Shown here: in pieces, positions 18,299-27,567 of the stretch
Numbering within the stretch: the stretch's first letter is position 1
How the letters are laid out: each line of letters opens with the position of its first letter
Assembly: GCA_963620665.1 (NCBI GenBank)
Contig: CAVFBA010000006.1
Location: forward strand, 2,083 to 66,082
DNA length: 64,000 nucleotides
Direction of reading: 5' to 3'
From: a bacterium
GTDB lineage: Bacteria > Bacteroidota > Bacteroidia > Bacteroidales > Marinilabiliaceae
Notes under the pieces: model-generated
Told to the model about the DNA's origin: nothing
The model's input: the letters and a program-made list of their open reading frames with translations, nothing else
Database searches by the model: none
Made by a program: the position numbers and the translations under genes

Positions 18299-18909
18299 AG
18301 ATTATCTGCGTTGGCCTCAACTATCCACGACATGCCGACGAGATTGCCATGCGACCCGCCGATGCCGAGCCTACCATATTCCTGAAGCCCGACACAGCTC
18401 TACTACGCAATAACGACCCCTTCTATATCCCCGACTGGGCGCAACGCTTCGACTATGAGTGCGAACTGGTGTTCCGCATCTGCCGACTTGGACGTCATAT
18501 CGAGAAGCGTTTCGCCCATCGCTATTATGACGCCGTGGGTCTGGGTATAGACTTCACGGCTCGTGATTTGCAGAATAGGCTCGTCAAGGATGGTCGCCCA
18601 TGGGAGGTGTGCAAAGCCTTCGACTATTCTGCCGCCATATCCTCATTCATACCTCTGTCTGAACTGCCACCTATCCCCGACATACACTTCTCGCTCGATA
18701 TCAACGGTGAACGCAGACAAGAGGCCACAGCCAACCAGATGATATTCTCTATCGACGATATCATAGCCTACGTATCACAATTCTTCTCCCTACGCATGGG
18801 CGATCTCATCTATACTGGTACTCCCACAGGCGTAGGGCCAGTCAAAGAGGGCGACCGTCTCGTGGCATCTCTCGAGGGCCGCACTCTTCTCGACTTCGAG
18901 ATAAAGTAA
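18295..18909 (+). CDS. Fumarylacetoacetate hydrolase (FAH) family protein
   Basis: MKIICVGLNY..H ... ECELVF ... DFTARDLQ ... PWEVCKAFD ... GDLIYTGTPTGVGPV. 4-bp ATGA overlap with the upstream gene. Confidence 0.85.
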   Translation: MKIICVGLNYPRHADEIAMRPADAEPTIFLKPDTALLRNNDPFYIPDWAQRFDYECELVFRICRLGRHIEKRFAHRYYDAVGLGIDFTARDLQNRLVKDGRPWEVCKAFDYSAAISSFIPLSELPPIPDIHFSLDINGERRQEATANQMIFSIDDIIAYVSQFFSLRMGDLIYTGTPTGVGPVKEGDRLVASLEGRTLLDFEIK

Positions 18910-18930
18910 CCCACTCCATCCTCCCCCGCC

Positions 18931-21900
18931 ATGCTCTCCTTATCCCAACCTATCCTCAAAGCCCTACGCACACCCGCCATAGCCCTGCTTGCGGCAGCCA
19001 TACTCCTAACCCTCTACTCCTCCCTCGCCTCAGCACCGCAAGCCGCCGACACAGCTTCCGAAAGCCAACGTCTCAACTCCATAATGGCACGTCACGACCA
19101 CGACATGTCACAATGGATCAACTCCCTCGCCGACACTCTCTCTAACCCCAATACACAAACCTTCCCACAACATCTCTCCCAATCCGACTACTCCCTCTAC
19201 CTATTCGACAACAACAACCTACGCCTCTGGCACAACGCTTGCCTACCCAACCCCGATCTCCAACCATCAACCCTCAACCGCTCTATACTGACCGCCGACA
19301 ACGGCTGGTATTACATCAAATCACTCCACCGAGACACCACCCACATCTACGCCCTACTACAACTCCGCAGCCACTCCCCCTACGACAACGAATACCTCGC
19401 CGACCGATTTCACCCCTCACTCGCCATCAACGACGACGCACACCTATCCGCCACCCCTACCAATGGCGTCAACGTCTCCGACACCAACGGTCACTTCCTC
19501 TTCTCCATAACTGGCGATACCGCCACACACCTCTCCCCCACCATAACCGTCATATCCATAGCCCTACTCTTCATCACCCTCGCACTTACCATCTGGGCCA
19601 TATCATCCGCCACACTCCGCATCGCCCACCTCACACATCGCCATTGGCAACCTCTCGCACTATCTGCCATAATGCTCGCCACACTCTACATGGCTTCCCT
19701 CCTCATAACTCCTCCTGGTGGCGACGACTCATCAATCTTCTTCTCGCCCCTCGTCTTCTCCTACGACTGGTGGCTTCCCTCACTCGGCTATCTGCTCCTT
19801 GCCTCACTCCTGCTCCTCACGTGGAGCGTCATGTTCTTCCGCCTCACTAAGGTGCGCACCCGACGTCGACTCGCCATCTGCCTTGCCGCATTGATGCCCA
19901 CGCTCTTCTTCCTCATTCTCTCATCCGCCATAGAGCTCATGGCACGCCACTCACAAGGTCTCGCCTTCTATGTCGGCTATTTAAGCCTATCCTCCGACTC
20001 ACTTGCCAAGATAGCCATCCTCTCCCTACTCATAATGTCGCTCGTCCTAATCATCGAGCGATGCTACTCATCTCTCAACGGCAACCTCTCCTCTGCCGGT
20101 TTCTCCCTGCTCCTCATCGGCACAGCCCTACCTATACTCCTCATCGCACACCTCTCCGAATGGACACAACCATGGTCGCATACCCTCGCCTACATTGCCA
20201 TCGGCACCATATACTACATCATGAAACGACGTTCACCAAACGTCCTACAATTCAGCCACTTCGTATGGACCATGATGCTGATGGCTCTCCTCACCACCCT
20301 ACGGCTCACCATGCTCAATGCCGACAAGGAGATGTCCTACCGCAAACTCCTATCCGTCAACCTCTCCGTTCAGATAATGCGCGACGACGACCCCGTAGCC
20401 GAGCAACAACTCCCACTCGTACAGTCCACACTCATGGCCGATACCGCCGTACGACAAATGATGTCCGAACCTACCATACGACAAGACCAACTCTTCGGAC
20501 ACCTTCGAGGCGCTATCTTCGGCGGATACTTCACACGATATGACCTCCAGGTCGTCCCGTGCCGCGGCACAGGCAGCACCATACAAATGACTAACACAGG
20601 CGACGTGTACGACTGCGCACAATACTTCGAGCAACTCATCTACTGCCACGGCATACAAGTCCCCAACGCACGCAACTTCCACTGTATCAGCAACGGCGAC
20701 GGACAACCATGCTACCTCGGCGTGTTCAACCTCGGCTCTCCCGACAACCCCAACAACCTCTTCGTTCAGATTACACGCAAGGTCTCAGCACAAGGTGTCG
20801 GTTATCCCGAACTCCTCACCAACAAGCGCGACCGTATGGACGAAGACCGACTACGTGGCTACTCCTACGCACGCTACGCCAACCGACACCTCATATCCCG
20901 ATACGGCTCCTACGACTACCCCACAACTCTCGCCTCTTCCGACTCCACTACCTCTATAATCCAAACTAACGGATACTCCCACCTATCCACCGCACCCTCA
21001 CACAACCAAACCATCGTTGTCAGCTACCCTCTGATGACCGCGCAAGACCTCATGACCACCTACTCCTACATCTTCCTCGGCATGCTCATAGTCTGCTCCG
21101 TCATCATGATTCTCGCCATACACCCCGACAAATCCATCTGGCGACACTCTTCCCTCAGCGAACGTCTCCACGCCTGCCTCGTCGCCTTCGTCCTCGTGCT
21201 ATTCGTCATACTATGCCTCATATCCAGCCTACAATCCATCAACACCTTCGAGACTAAAAGCCGCTCCCATCTGTCCGAGGCCATGCAATCCGTCCTACTC
21301 TCACTGTCCGACCTCTTTGCCGACGCCTCACCCGACGATGTCGCCAAAGACACCCACAACTTCCAAACCGACAACATCCTACAACGCACCTCCGACGCCT
21401 TCAATGCCGACGCGCACCTATTCTCCGCCAACGGCATACTCCTCGGCACATCCCGACGCGAACTATTCATGAGCGGCACAACTGCTCCTCTAATGAACGA
21501 CGAAGCACTCGCCATTATGCGCAGTGACAGCCGAGGTGAGGTGTTCGTGCAAGAACGGATAGGCTCCCTACTCCACTACTCCATCTACTCCCCACTATTC
21601 AATAACCGTGGCAACGTGCTCGGATATGTCAATGTGCCATATTTCAACGACGTGAGTGCTATGCGACGCCAGATGATGCAAACCCTCATGCCCATAACCA
21701 ACTCCATGATGCTCATCATCTTCCTCGCCATAGTCTTCTCCTACCTCATGGCCTACGGCGTCACACGCTCCCTCGGACAACTACGCGACATGCTCCAATC
21801 CGCCGACATCGGTCAAGAACACCACCGACTTTCCTACCCCTATCAAGACGAGGTGGGCGAAATCGTCAAAGCCTACAACAAAATGACACGTCAACTCGAA

Positions 21901-22602
21901 CTCTCCGCCAGCCGACTCGCCGCATCCGAGCGCGAAAGCACATGGCGCGAGATGGCCCGACAAGTCGCCCACGAAATAAAAAACCCCCTTACTCCCATGA
22001 AGCTCTCTGTCCAATACCTCCTACGCTCATGGGACACCCGACGCGACAACTTCGAACCTATGCTCAAGAAAACTTCACAAACACTTATAGACCAAATCGA
22101 CCAACTCGCAGCCGTGGCTTCTCAATTCTCCGGCATCGCCAAGATGAAACAAGCCGAACCACAGCGCATGGATATTGCCGCACGCCTCACCTCAATATGC
22201 ACCCTGTTCGCACGAGACGAAGAGTCCAACCTCTCCTACTCCGGCCCTAACTCCGACATATTCATCATGGCCGACCCCGACCTCATAACCAGCGTATTCA
22301 ACAACCTTATCAAAAACGCACAACAAAGCACCGCCAACCACCGCACAGTCGACATCTCCGTCACTCTGACACCCGAACCTCATAACGCCCGCATCACCGT
22401 GACCGACAACGGCGACGGCATAGACGACAACATACGTGATAAAATCTTCCGACCCAACTTCACCACCAAAAGCTCCGGCATGGGTCTCGGTCTCGCCATA
22501 TCTAAGACCATCATCGACAACTCACACGGCTCAATATCTTTCTCCACTCACCACAACTCAGGCACAACATTCACCATCCTACTCCCGCGTATACCAAACT
22601 AA
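18931..22602 (+). CDS. Large membrane sensor histidine kinase (HAMP-HisKA-HATPase; NtrY-like H-box)
   Basis: 1223 aa. Polytopic N-terminal region, HAMP (...EVGEIVKAYNKMTRQLE), H-box ARQVAHEIKNPLTPM, and N/G boxes (NLIKNAQQ; DNGDGID; GMGLGLAISK). No response regulator adjacent. Confidence 0.85.
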   Translation: MLSLSQPILKALRTPAIALLAAAILLTLYSSLASAPQAADTASESQRLNSIMARHDHDMSQWINSLADTLSNPNTQTFPQHLSQSDYSLYLFDNNNLRLWHNACLPNPDLQPSTLNRSILTADNGWYYIKSLHRDTTHIYALLQLRSHSPYDNEYLADRFHPSLAINDDAHLSATPTNGVNVSDTNGHFLFSITGDTATHLSPTITVISIALLFITLALTIWAISSATLRIAHLTHRHWQPLALSAIMLATLYMASLLITPPGGDDSSIFFSPLVFSYDWWLPSLGYLLLASLLLLTWSVMFFRLTKVRTRRRLAICLAALMPTLFFLILSSAIELMARHSQGLAFYVGYLSLSSDSLAKIAILSLLIMSLVLIIERCYSSLNGNLSSAGFSLLLIGTALPILLIAHLSEWTQPWSHTLAYIAIGTIYYIMKRRSPNVLQFSHFVWTMMLMALLTTLRLTMLNADKEMSYRKLLSVNLSVQIMRDDDPVAEQQLPLVQSTLMADTAVRQMMSEPTIRQDQLFGHLRGAIFGGYFTRYDLQVVPCRGTGSTIQMTNTGDVYDCAQYFEQLIYCHGIQVPNARNFHCISNGDGQPCYLGVFNLGSPDNPNNLFVQITRKVSAQGVGYPELLTNKRDRMDEDRLRGYSYARYANRHLISRYGSYDYPTTLASSDSTTSIIQTNGYSHLSTAPSHNQTIVVSYPLMTAQDLMTTYSYIFLGMLIVCSVIMILAIHPDKSIWRHSSLSERLHACLVAFVLVLFVILCLISSLQSINTFETKSRSHLSEAMQSVLLSLSDLFADASPDDVAKDTHNFQTDNILQRTSDAFNADAHLFSANGILLGTSRRELFMSGTTAPLMNDEALAIMRSDSRGEVFVQERIGSLLHYSIYSPLFNNRGNVLGYVNVPYFNDVSAMRRQMMQTLMPITNSMMLIIFLAIVFSYLMAYGVTRSLGQLRDMLQSADIGQEHHRLSYPYQDEVGEIVKAYNKMTRQLELSASRLAASERESTWREMARQVAHEIKNPLTPMKLSVQYLLRSWDTRRDNFEPMLKKTSQTLIDQIDQLAAVASQFSGIAKMKQAEPQRMDIAARLTSICTLFARDEESNLSYSGPNSDIFIMADPDLITSVFNNLIKNAQQSTANHRTVDISVTLTPEPHNARITVTDNGDGIDDNIRDKIFRPNFTTKSSGMGLGLAISKTIIDNSHGSISFSTHHNSGTTFTILLPRIPN

Positions 22603-22607
22603 CCCAA

Positions 22608-25196
22608 CTACAACTTAACCGCAAACTGAACCCTGACACCCCAACGTGGAGCATCAGCCCAACTATCACCAACCACCCTATACACCGCATCCACCCTGAA
22701 GAACCGCAAAATATTGTCAATCCCCACATTCACCTCCACGTATGGCTTAGTAGGACCACCCACACCCTCCGGCAAATCCAACATCTCCGCATGCCGCTTA
22801 CCCAAACCACCATACATCATCTTCGCGCCAACCACCTCACGCAGACCCAACTTATACACCGCAGGCAACTTATGAAATAGCAAACCATCCAGCTGATAAT
22901 CCGCATGCACATACACATACTTGTCACACACAAACTCCAAATAGTTCATCAAGTTGAAGTCATACCTGTAAAAACCATACGTCTTATTACCACGAGCTAT
23001 GTTCAACGCCGAGTAAGGTAACTTCCCAAAGTATATGCCATCCTCAACCGCCACATCCAACTTCGTCTGACCCAAGTAAAACCTATGCTTCAACGTGGAG
23101 TGCAACCGCGCATACATACTACGCTTGTCCCCCACCTGAGTAGCCCCACCCGCCACAGTGAAATGTACTATCGGATGATACGTAGTCATATACATCCTCT
23201 GCAAACCATCGTCTATGAACTTCTCCCTCCACGACAACCTGAAATCCAACGACATCTCCTGCAAATGCACCTCACCAACCGACTCCCCACCCTGCGTGAA
23301 CGGATAATACTTCGGACTCTCCTGACGCTGAGCTGTGAATTGCAACGTCGTCTGCATTCCCGTAAACCACTCATTGTTATAACGCAACTGTATCTTCTTG
23401 TTATAATACAACTCGTCTATCTCCTCCCTCTTGAATAGCTGAGCTATGATATTAGTCTCGCTCGTCGACAGCATATTCTCATACAAGTACAATATATTCT
23501 CATCCTCCCCAATCTTCATCAACCTGTCCGTATAATTAACCTCCAACGTCCTTCGCATCGGCGACTTGAACTTATAACCCACGCCAGCCCCATACGTCGG
23601 CCTCGAATTCCTAAACCCATACCCCACTATCCAGCTCAACACCCACTGCTCACTTATCTCCTTACTCGTCCTCAATCCCGCTCCAAGATGCAACCCCTCT
23701 ATCTTGTTTGTGTTAAACATCTCTCCTATCGACCCTATCTCCACATTCCCAACATCCACATATCCCGTCATCGCTGCCTTAGCCAAATAGTTGAACATCT
23801 TAACCGAACGCACGTTATTCAGTGAGTCTATCGACTGACTCGCCTCCTGCTCCTCCTCACTCATCTCTCCATGCCTATGCGCCGCCCAATACTCATCGTC
23901 ATGTAGCTTATACCCATCCATCTTGATAGTCTCTATCGCCAGCGCCCGCTTACTCAACTCCAACGGCTCCAACTCGTCCAACCGTACCTTGCTCTGCGAA
24001 TTATACATCTTGCACAATATCTCCAAACGCTTCTTCTCCGAGTTAACAGGCATATAGTCAATATGCACCTCCATCTCGTTCGTACCAAAAAACGGTATAC
24101 TGTCACCCACCAACTGATACGAACTGTTTATACTCAACTTCTTCACAAAGTTGATATTCGTCCCCTTGGGCATCACCGCTCGTATACGCAACGGCGAGTA
24201 ATACCTCGTCTCAACATCCATCGTACCCTCAAACACCTTATCCCCACGATTCTTCGGCCTATACTTCACCGTATACACCTTGACACTATCACCCTCCATA
24301 CCACAACCCACAGCAGTCATCACACTGTCCACAATGAAATAGTCATAATAGTGGAAACAATCACCCGCAATAGGACTCACAAAACCAACCCCAAGCATCT
24401 TAACCACATCATCATAGAAGTTCACCTCATTGTCCATAGCGTTCGAAAACCCGCCTATCTCATACTGCTTGAATATGTCAATACCACGCGTCCTATCCGC
24501 CACCACCGTCGTACGCGACTTAGTAGGATCCTTCTGCGTCTCATTCTCACTCAAAGTCTCCGAAAAATACACCGGCAAATACCGCATGCTATCCTCCGCA
24601 CTCACCTTCATAAGCCCCGCGGCCCCCTTCAATATCAACCCCTTCTCCGCCGTACGGTCACTAATATTCGCCAAACTATACTCCCAACGTGTATACTTCT
24701 CATACTCCGCCCTCGTATGATTAGCCGGGTTATTCCTACCCTTATTACCTATAACCGCCATCAACAACCGCCTCGGAGCGTCATCCGGCCTCACCTCAAT
24801 CTCCTCTATCGCTATGTTATCCGGACGCAACCTCACCACCACACTATCCAACCTCCCCCTAATCTCACTAACAACCCTATACTCCTCATCATAACCCATC
24901 GCTCCAAAACGCAACGTGTCGTACGCCGCCGGCACCAACAACTCATACCGACCATCCATATCCGTCTGAGTCCCCACCAACGTGCCCCTAACATACACAT
25001 TCGAAAATGGCAAACCCTCACCAGTCTCACTATCCACAACAACACCTCCAACCCTGACATCCGGATGACGATCCCCACTCACCACACTCACCTTCCCTCC
25101 CTTGACACGCCTACGATGACTCTGACCTTCACACACCACCCCAACCGACAGCATCGCCATCAGCACGCAAAACACAACTCGTATCACTCGATCCAT
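22608..25196 (-). CDS. Carboxypeptidase-regulatory-like domain plus DUF5686 family protein
   Basis: N-terminal GVVVDSETGEGLPFSNVYVRGTLVGTQTDMDGRYEL (CarboxypepD_reg), then a long beta-rich region of about 800 aa as in DUF5686 proteins. Start set at ATG 25196 (MDRVIRV...); the track start at 25205 is TTG. Confidence 0.7.
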   Translation of the reverse strand: MDRVIRVVFCVLMAMLSVGVVCEGQSHRRRVKGGKVSVVSGDRHPDVRVGGVVVDSETGEGLPFSNVYVRGTLVGTQTDMDGRYELLVPAAYDTLRFGAMGYDEEYRVVSEIRGRLDSVVVRLRPDNIAIEEIEVRPDDAPRRLLMAVIGNKGRNNPANHTRAEYEKYTRWEYSLANISDRTAEKGLILKGAAGLMKVSAEDSMRYLPVYFSETLSENETQKDPTKSRTTVVADRTRGIDIFKQYEIGGFSNAMDNEVNFYDDVVKMLGVGFVSPIAGDCFHYYDYFIVDSVMTAVGCGMEGDSVKVYTVKYRPKNRGDKVFEGTMDVETRYYSPLRIRAVMPKGTNINFVKKLSINSSYQLVGDSIPFFGTNEMEVHIDYMPVNSEKKRLEILCKMYNSQSKVRLDELEPLELSKRALAIETIKMDGYKLHDDEYWAAHRHGEMSEEEQEASQSIDSLNNVRSVKMFNYLAKAAMTGYVDVGNVEIGSIGEMFNTNKIEGLHLGAGLRTSKEISEQWVLSWIVGYGFRNSRPTYGAGVGYKFKSPMRRTLEVNYTDRLMKIGEDENILYLYENMLSTSETNIIAQLFKREEIDELYYNKKIQLRYNNEWFTGMQTTLQFTAQRQESPKYYPFTQGGESVGEVHLQEMSLDFRLSWREKFIDDGLQRMYMTTYHPIVHFTVAGGATQVGDKRSMYARLHSTLKHRFYLGQTKLDVAVEDGIYFGKLPYSALNIARGNKTYGFYRYDFNLMNYLEFVCDKYVYVHADYQLDGLLFHKLPAVYKLGLREVVGAKMMYGGLGKRHAEMLDLPEGVGGPTKPYVEVNVGIDNILRFFRVDAVYRVVGDSWADAPRWGVRVQFAVKL

Positions 25197-25311
25197 ACTA
25201 CACAAAGGTAAAACTACATCACCAATTATAGTTTCCTCACCATGTTAACATCCCATAAACTACCTCATCATATCCTCCATCTCCTCCCACATACACCATC
25301 AAAAACCACAT

Positions 25312-25376
25312 ATAACATTCTATACCCCTCACATAACATTTCATACCCCTCCGCTTAACATATCATACCCACACCC
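25312..25376. repeat. Three direct repeats of about 21 bp (ATAACATTnnATACCCCTC-like)
   Basis: ataacattctatacccctcac, ataacatttcatacccctccgc and ttaacatatcatacccacacc. Starts at 25312, 25333 and 25355. Confidence 0.75.
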
Positions 25377-25394
25377 TCCCAACACCCTCCACAA

Positions 25395-25448
25395 ATACTC
25401 CAAGATACTGACACTTCCACACCACAATACTGAAACGATACTGAACCC
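25395..25448 (+). repeat. Phased ATACT(C/G)(C/A) heptamer array with 10-11 bp spacing and one skipped slot
   Basis: Heptamer starts at 25395, 25405, 25427 and 25438 (atactcc, atactga, atactga, atactga). Confidence 0.6.
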
Positions 25449-25502
25449 ATTCTGTCACACACCCTCCCCAAATCACCCACTTCCCCTCCCCACAACAACC
25501 CC

Positions 25503-27350
25503 CTACTCGGTCCATATCCCCATCTCACACCGCCCGCAATCCACCCTCACCTCATAACGCTTCCCGTCACTGTCCACAATGCTCAACGGCAACAACCCAG
25601 CCCCCCCGCCGCTCCTCCTCACGCACATCCCCAACGAGTTCAATATGCAATGCCGAGTCGTCATAACCTTCACACCACGCTTCTCACCCTGACGCTCATA
25701 TCCCCACTCCACCACCCTCGCCCCATGGCTCTCATAAAACCTCCTCGCCTCACCATTTATCACGTTCCCCTCACGACCAATCTCTCCCACAGGCCACATC
25801 GCCCCCTCCTCCTCCTCCCTCTCCACCTTCAACGCCCCATGCCGCGCCACCCTCGCCTCCGTATGCTCCTCAATAGCACGCCGACGCATCTCGTTCATCA
25901 ACCCCATCGTCACAAATCGCCCCGCCGCCGAGTCTTCCACCACCACCCCAGTCGCCTCATACGCCGTACCTCCCAACTTCGTCAATGCGCCAGCCATCTG
26001 CCTTCCCATCATCTCCCGATTCCGCGCCGCCTCACTCCCCACTGCCATCACCGTCCGCGTCGCAATCCCCTCCTCGTCCCTCATCACAAGCTCAAAACTA
26101 CCACCGCTATACCCCAACCGCATCTCCACGCCTATCTTCCGCTCCGTCCGGTCATGCCGCAACGTCTCTTCAAATGCCACATCCGCATTACGCCACACCA
26201 CATCACCCTCCCTCACGCACCCCACATTCTGCGCCCCAATCCTCACCACATCTCTCCCCACCCTCTCTGCCGTATTGACCTTCAACCCCTCAAGCCCTCT
26301 CACCCCAAAATAGCACAGCCCGTCACCATTGGCAATCTCCGCCCCCGTCCGCACCTCAATCACGCCACCCTTACCCACTTTCACCACCTTCCCAATCTTC
26401 TCGCCAATCGACTTCGATGTCTTCGGCTGCCAAATATCGGCCCTCCGCCCATGAGCGAAATACTCCGTAAATCCCCTGTTGAAACTCTTCTCAGGCCGAG
26501 CCTCAAAACCCGCCACAACCCTCCCCGAAGACAGCCGCTCCAAATCCGGCCGCCGACTCAATATCTCGTCTATTATCTGCCTATAATACAACGTTATATT
26601 ACTAACATACTCCACATCCTTCAACCGCCCCTCAATCTTGAACGACGACACGCCCGCATCTATCAACTCCTCTATATTCCCCGCCTGATTATTATCTTTC
26701 AACGACAACGCGTGCCCCCTCCGCATAAGCACCGTCCCATCCGCCCCAACCACGTCATAACCCAACCTGCACGGCTGAGCACACTCACCCCTGTTAGCCG
26801 ACCTCCCACCCTTCAGCAAACTCATATAGCACTGACCACTATACGACACGCACAACGCCCCATGAACAAACGCCTCCAAACGCACTCTCGTACCACGCGC
26901 AATCGCCCCAATCTCCTCAATGCTCAATTCTCGCGCCAACACCACCTGACCCATCCCCACCTTCTCCCAAAAACGTACCTTCTCCAACGTCCTGTTATCA
27001 CACTGAGTCGACGCATGCAACTCCATAGGAGGCATACCCCCACACAGCAACGACATATCCTGAACAATCAGCACATCCACGCCAACACCATACAACTCCC
27101 ACGCCAACCGACGAGCCGCCGACACCTCCTCATCCCTCAACAACGTGTTCAACGCCACATGAACCCTCGCCCCATACAAATGAGCATAACGAACCAACCT
27201 CCCTATATCCTCCACACTATTACCCGCCGCCTTCCGCGCACTATAACACGGAGCTCCTATATACACCGCGTCCGCGCCATGCTCTATCGCCGCCATACCG
27301 CACTCCACATTCCTCGCCGGGCACAGCAACTCTATCCTATTCCTTTCCAT
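25503..27350 (-). CDS. Peptidase U32 family protein (YhbU/YegQ/TrhP-like)
   Basis: ELLCPARNVECGMAAIEHGADAVYIG...YSARKAAGN ... HVALNTLL ... E.F.HGALC.SYSGQC is the U32 signature. 615 aa with a C-terminal extension. Confidence 0.85.
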   Translation of the reverse strand: MERNRIELLCPARNVECGMAAIEHGADAVYIGAPCYSARKAAGNSVEDIGRLVRYAHLYGARVHVALNTLLRDEEVSAARRLAWELYGVGVDVLIVQDMSLLCGGMPPMELHASTQCDNRTLEKVRFWEKVGMGQVVLARELSIEEIGAIARGTRVRLEAFVHGALCVSYSGQCYMSLLKGGRSANRGECAQPCRLGYDVVGADGTVLMRRGHALSLKDNNQAGNIEELIDAGVSSFKIEGRLKDVEYVSNITLYYRQIIDEILSRRPDLERLSSGRVVAGFEARPEKSFNRGFTEYFAHGRRADIWQPKTSKSIGEKIGKVVKVGKGGVIEVRTGAEIANGDGLCYFGVRGLEGLKVNTAERVGRDVVRIGAQNVGCVREGDVVWRNADVAFEETLRHDRTERKIGVEMRLGYSGGSFELVMRDEEGIATRTVMAVGSEAARNREMMGRQMAGALTKLGGTAYEATGVVVEDSAAGRFVTMGLMNEMRRRAIEEHTEARVARHGALKVEREEEEGAMWPVGEIGREGNVINGEARRFYESHGARVVEWGYERQGEKRGVKVMTTRHCILNSLGMCVRRSGGGAGLLPLSIVDSDGKRYEVRVDCGRCEMGIWTE

Positions 27351-27493
27351 ATCATCTCTTTACAACACATCATTCTTAACCAAACACGCATGGGCGCACA
27401 TGCCGAGACAACGCCTGCACCACCTCAAGGCCGCACCAGAGGCGCATAAAAAACCTAACGGCAACCTACCCACAACGGGGCGTAAAGACGCCG

Positions 27494-27542
27494 TCCACAA
27501 CGTCTCTACACCCCGCCCCACATCATTCCACAACGTCTCTAC
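27494..27542. repeat. Two copies of TCCACAACGTCTCTAC spaced 33 bp apart, part of a REP-like palindromic cluster
   Basis: Copies start at 27494 and 27527. The upstream aaagacgcc...acgtctct arms can pair. Confidence 0.7.
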
Positions 27543-27567
27543 GCCCAACCCTTCCGCTCAACCCACT

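Noticed and set aside
25203-25210. TACCTTTG -7-like box on the - strand at the 5' end of the DUF5686 gene.
   Set aside because: It overlaps the ORF-track TTG start and lies only 7 nt from the ATG at 25196, too close to serve as that gene's promoter unless the mRNA is leaderless. Not reported as a feature.
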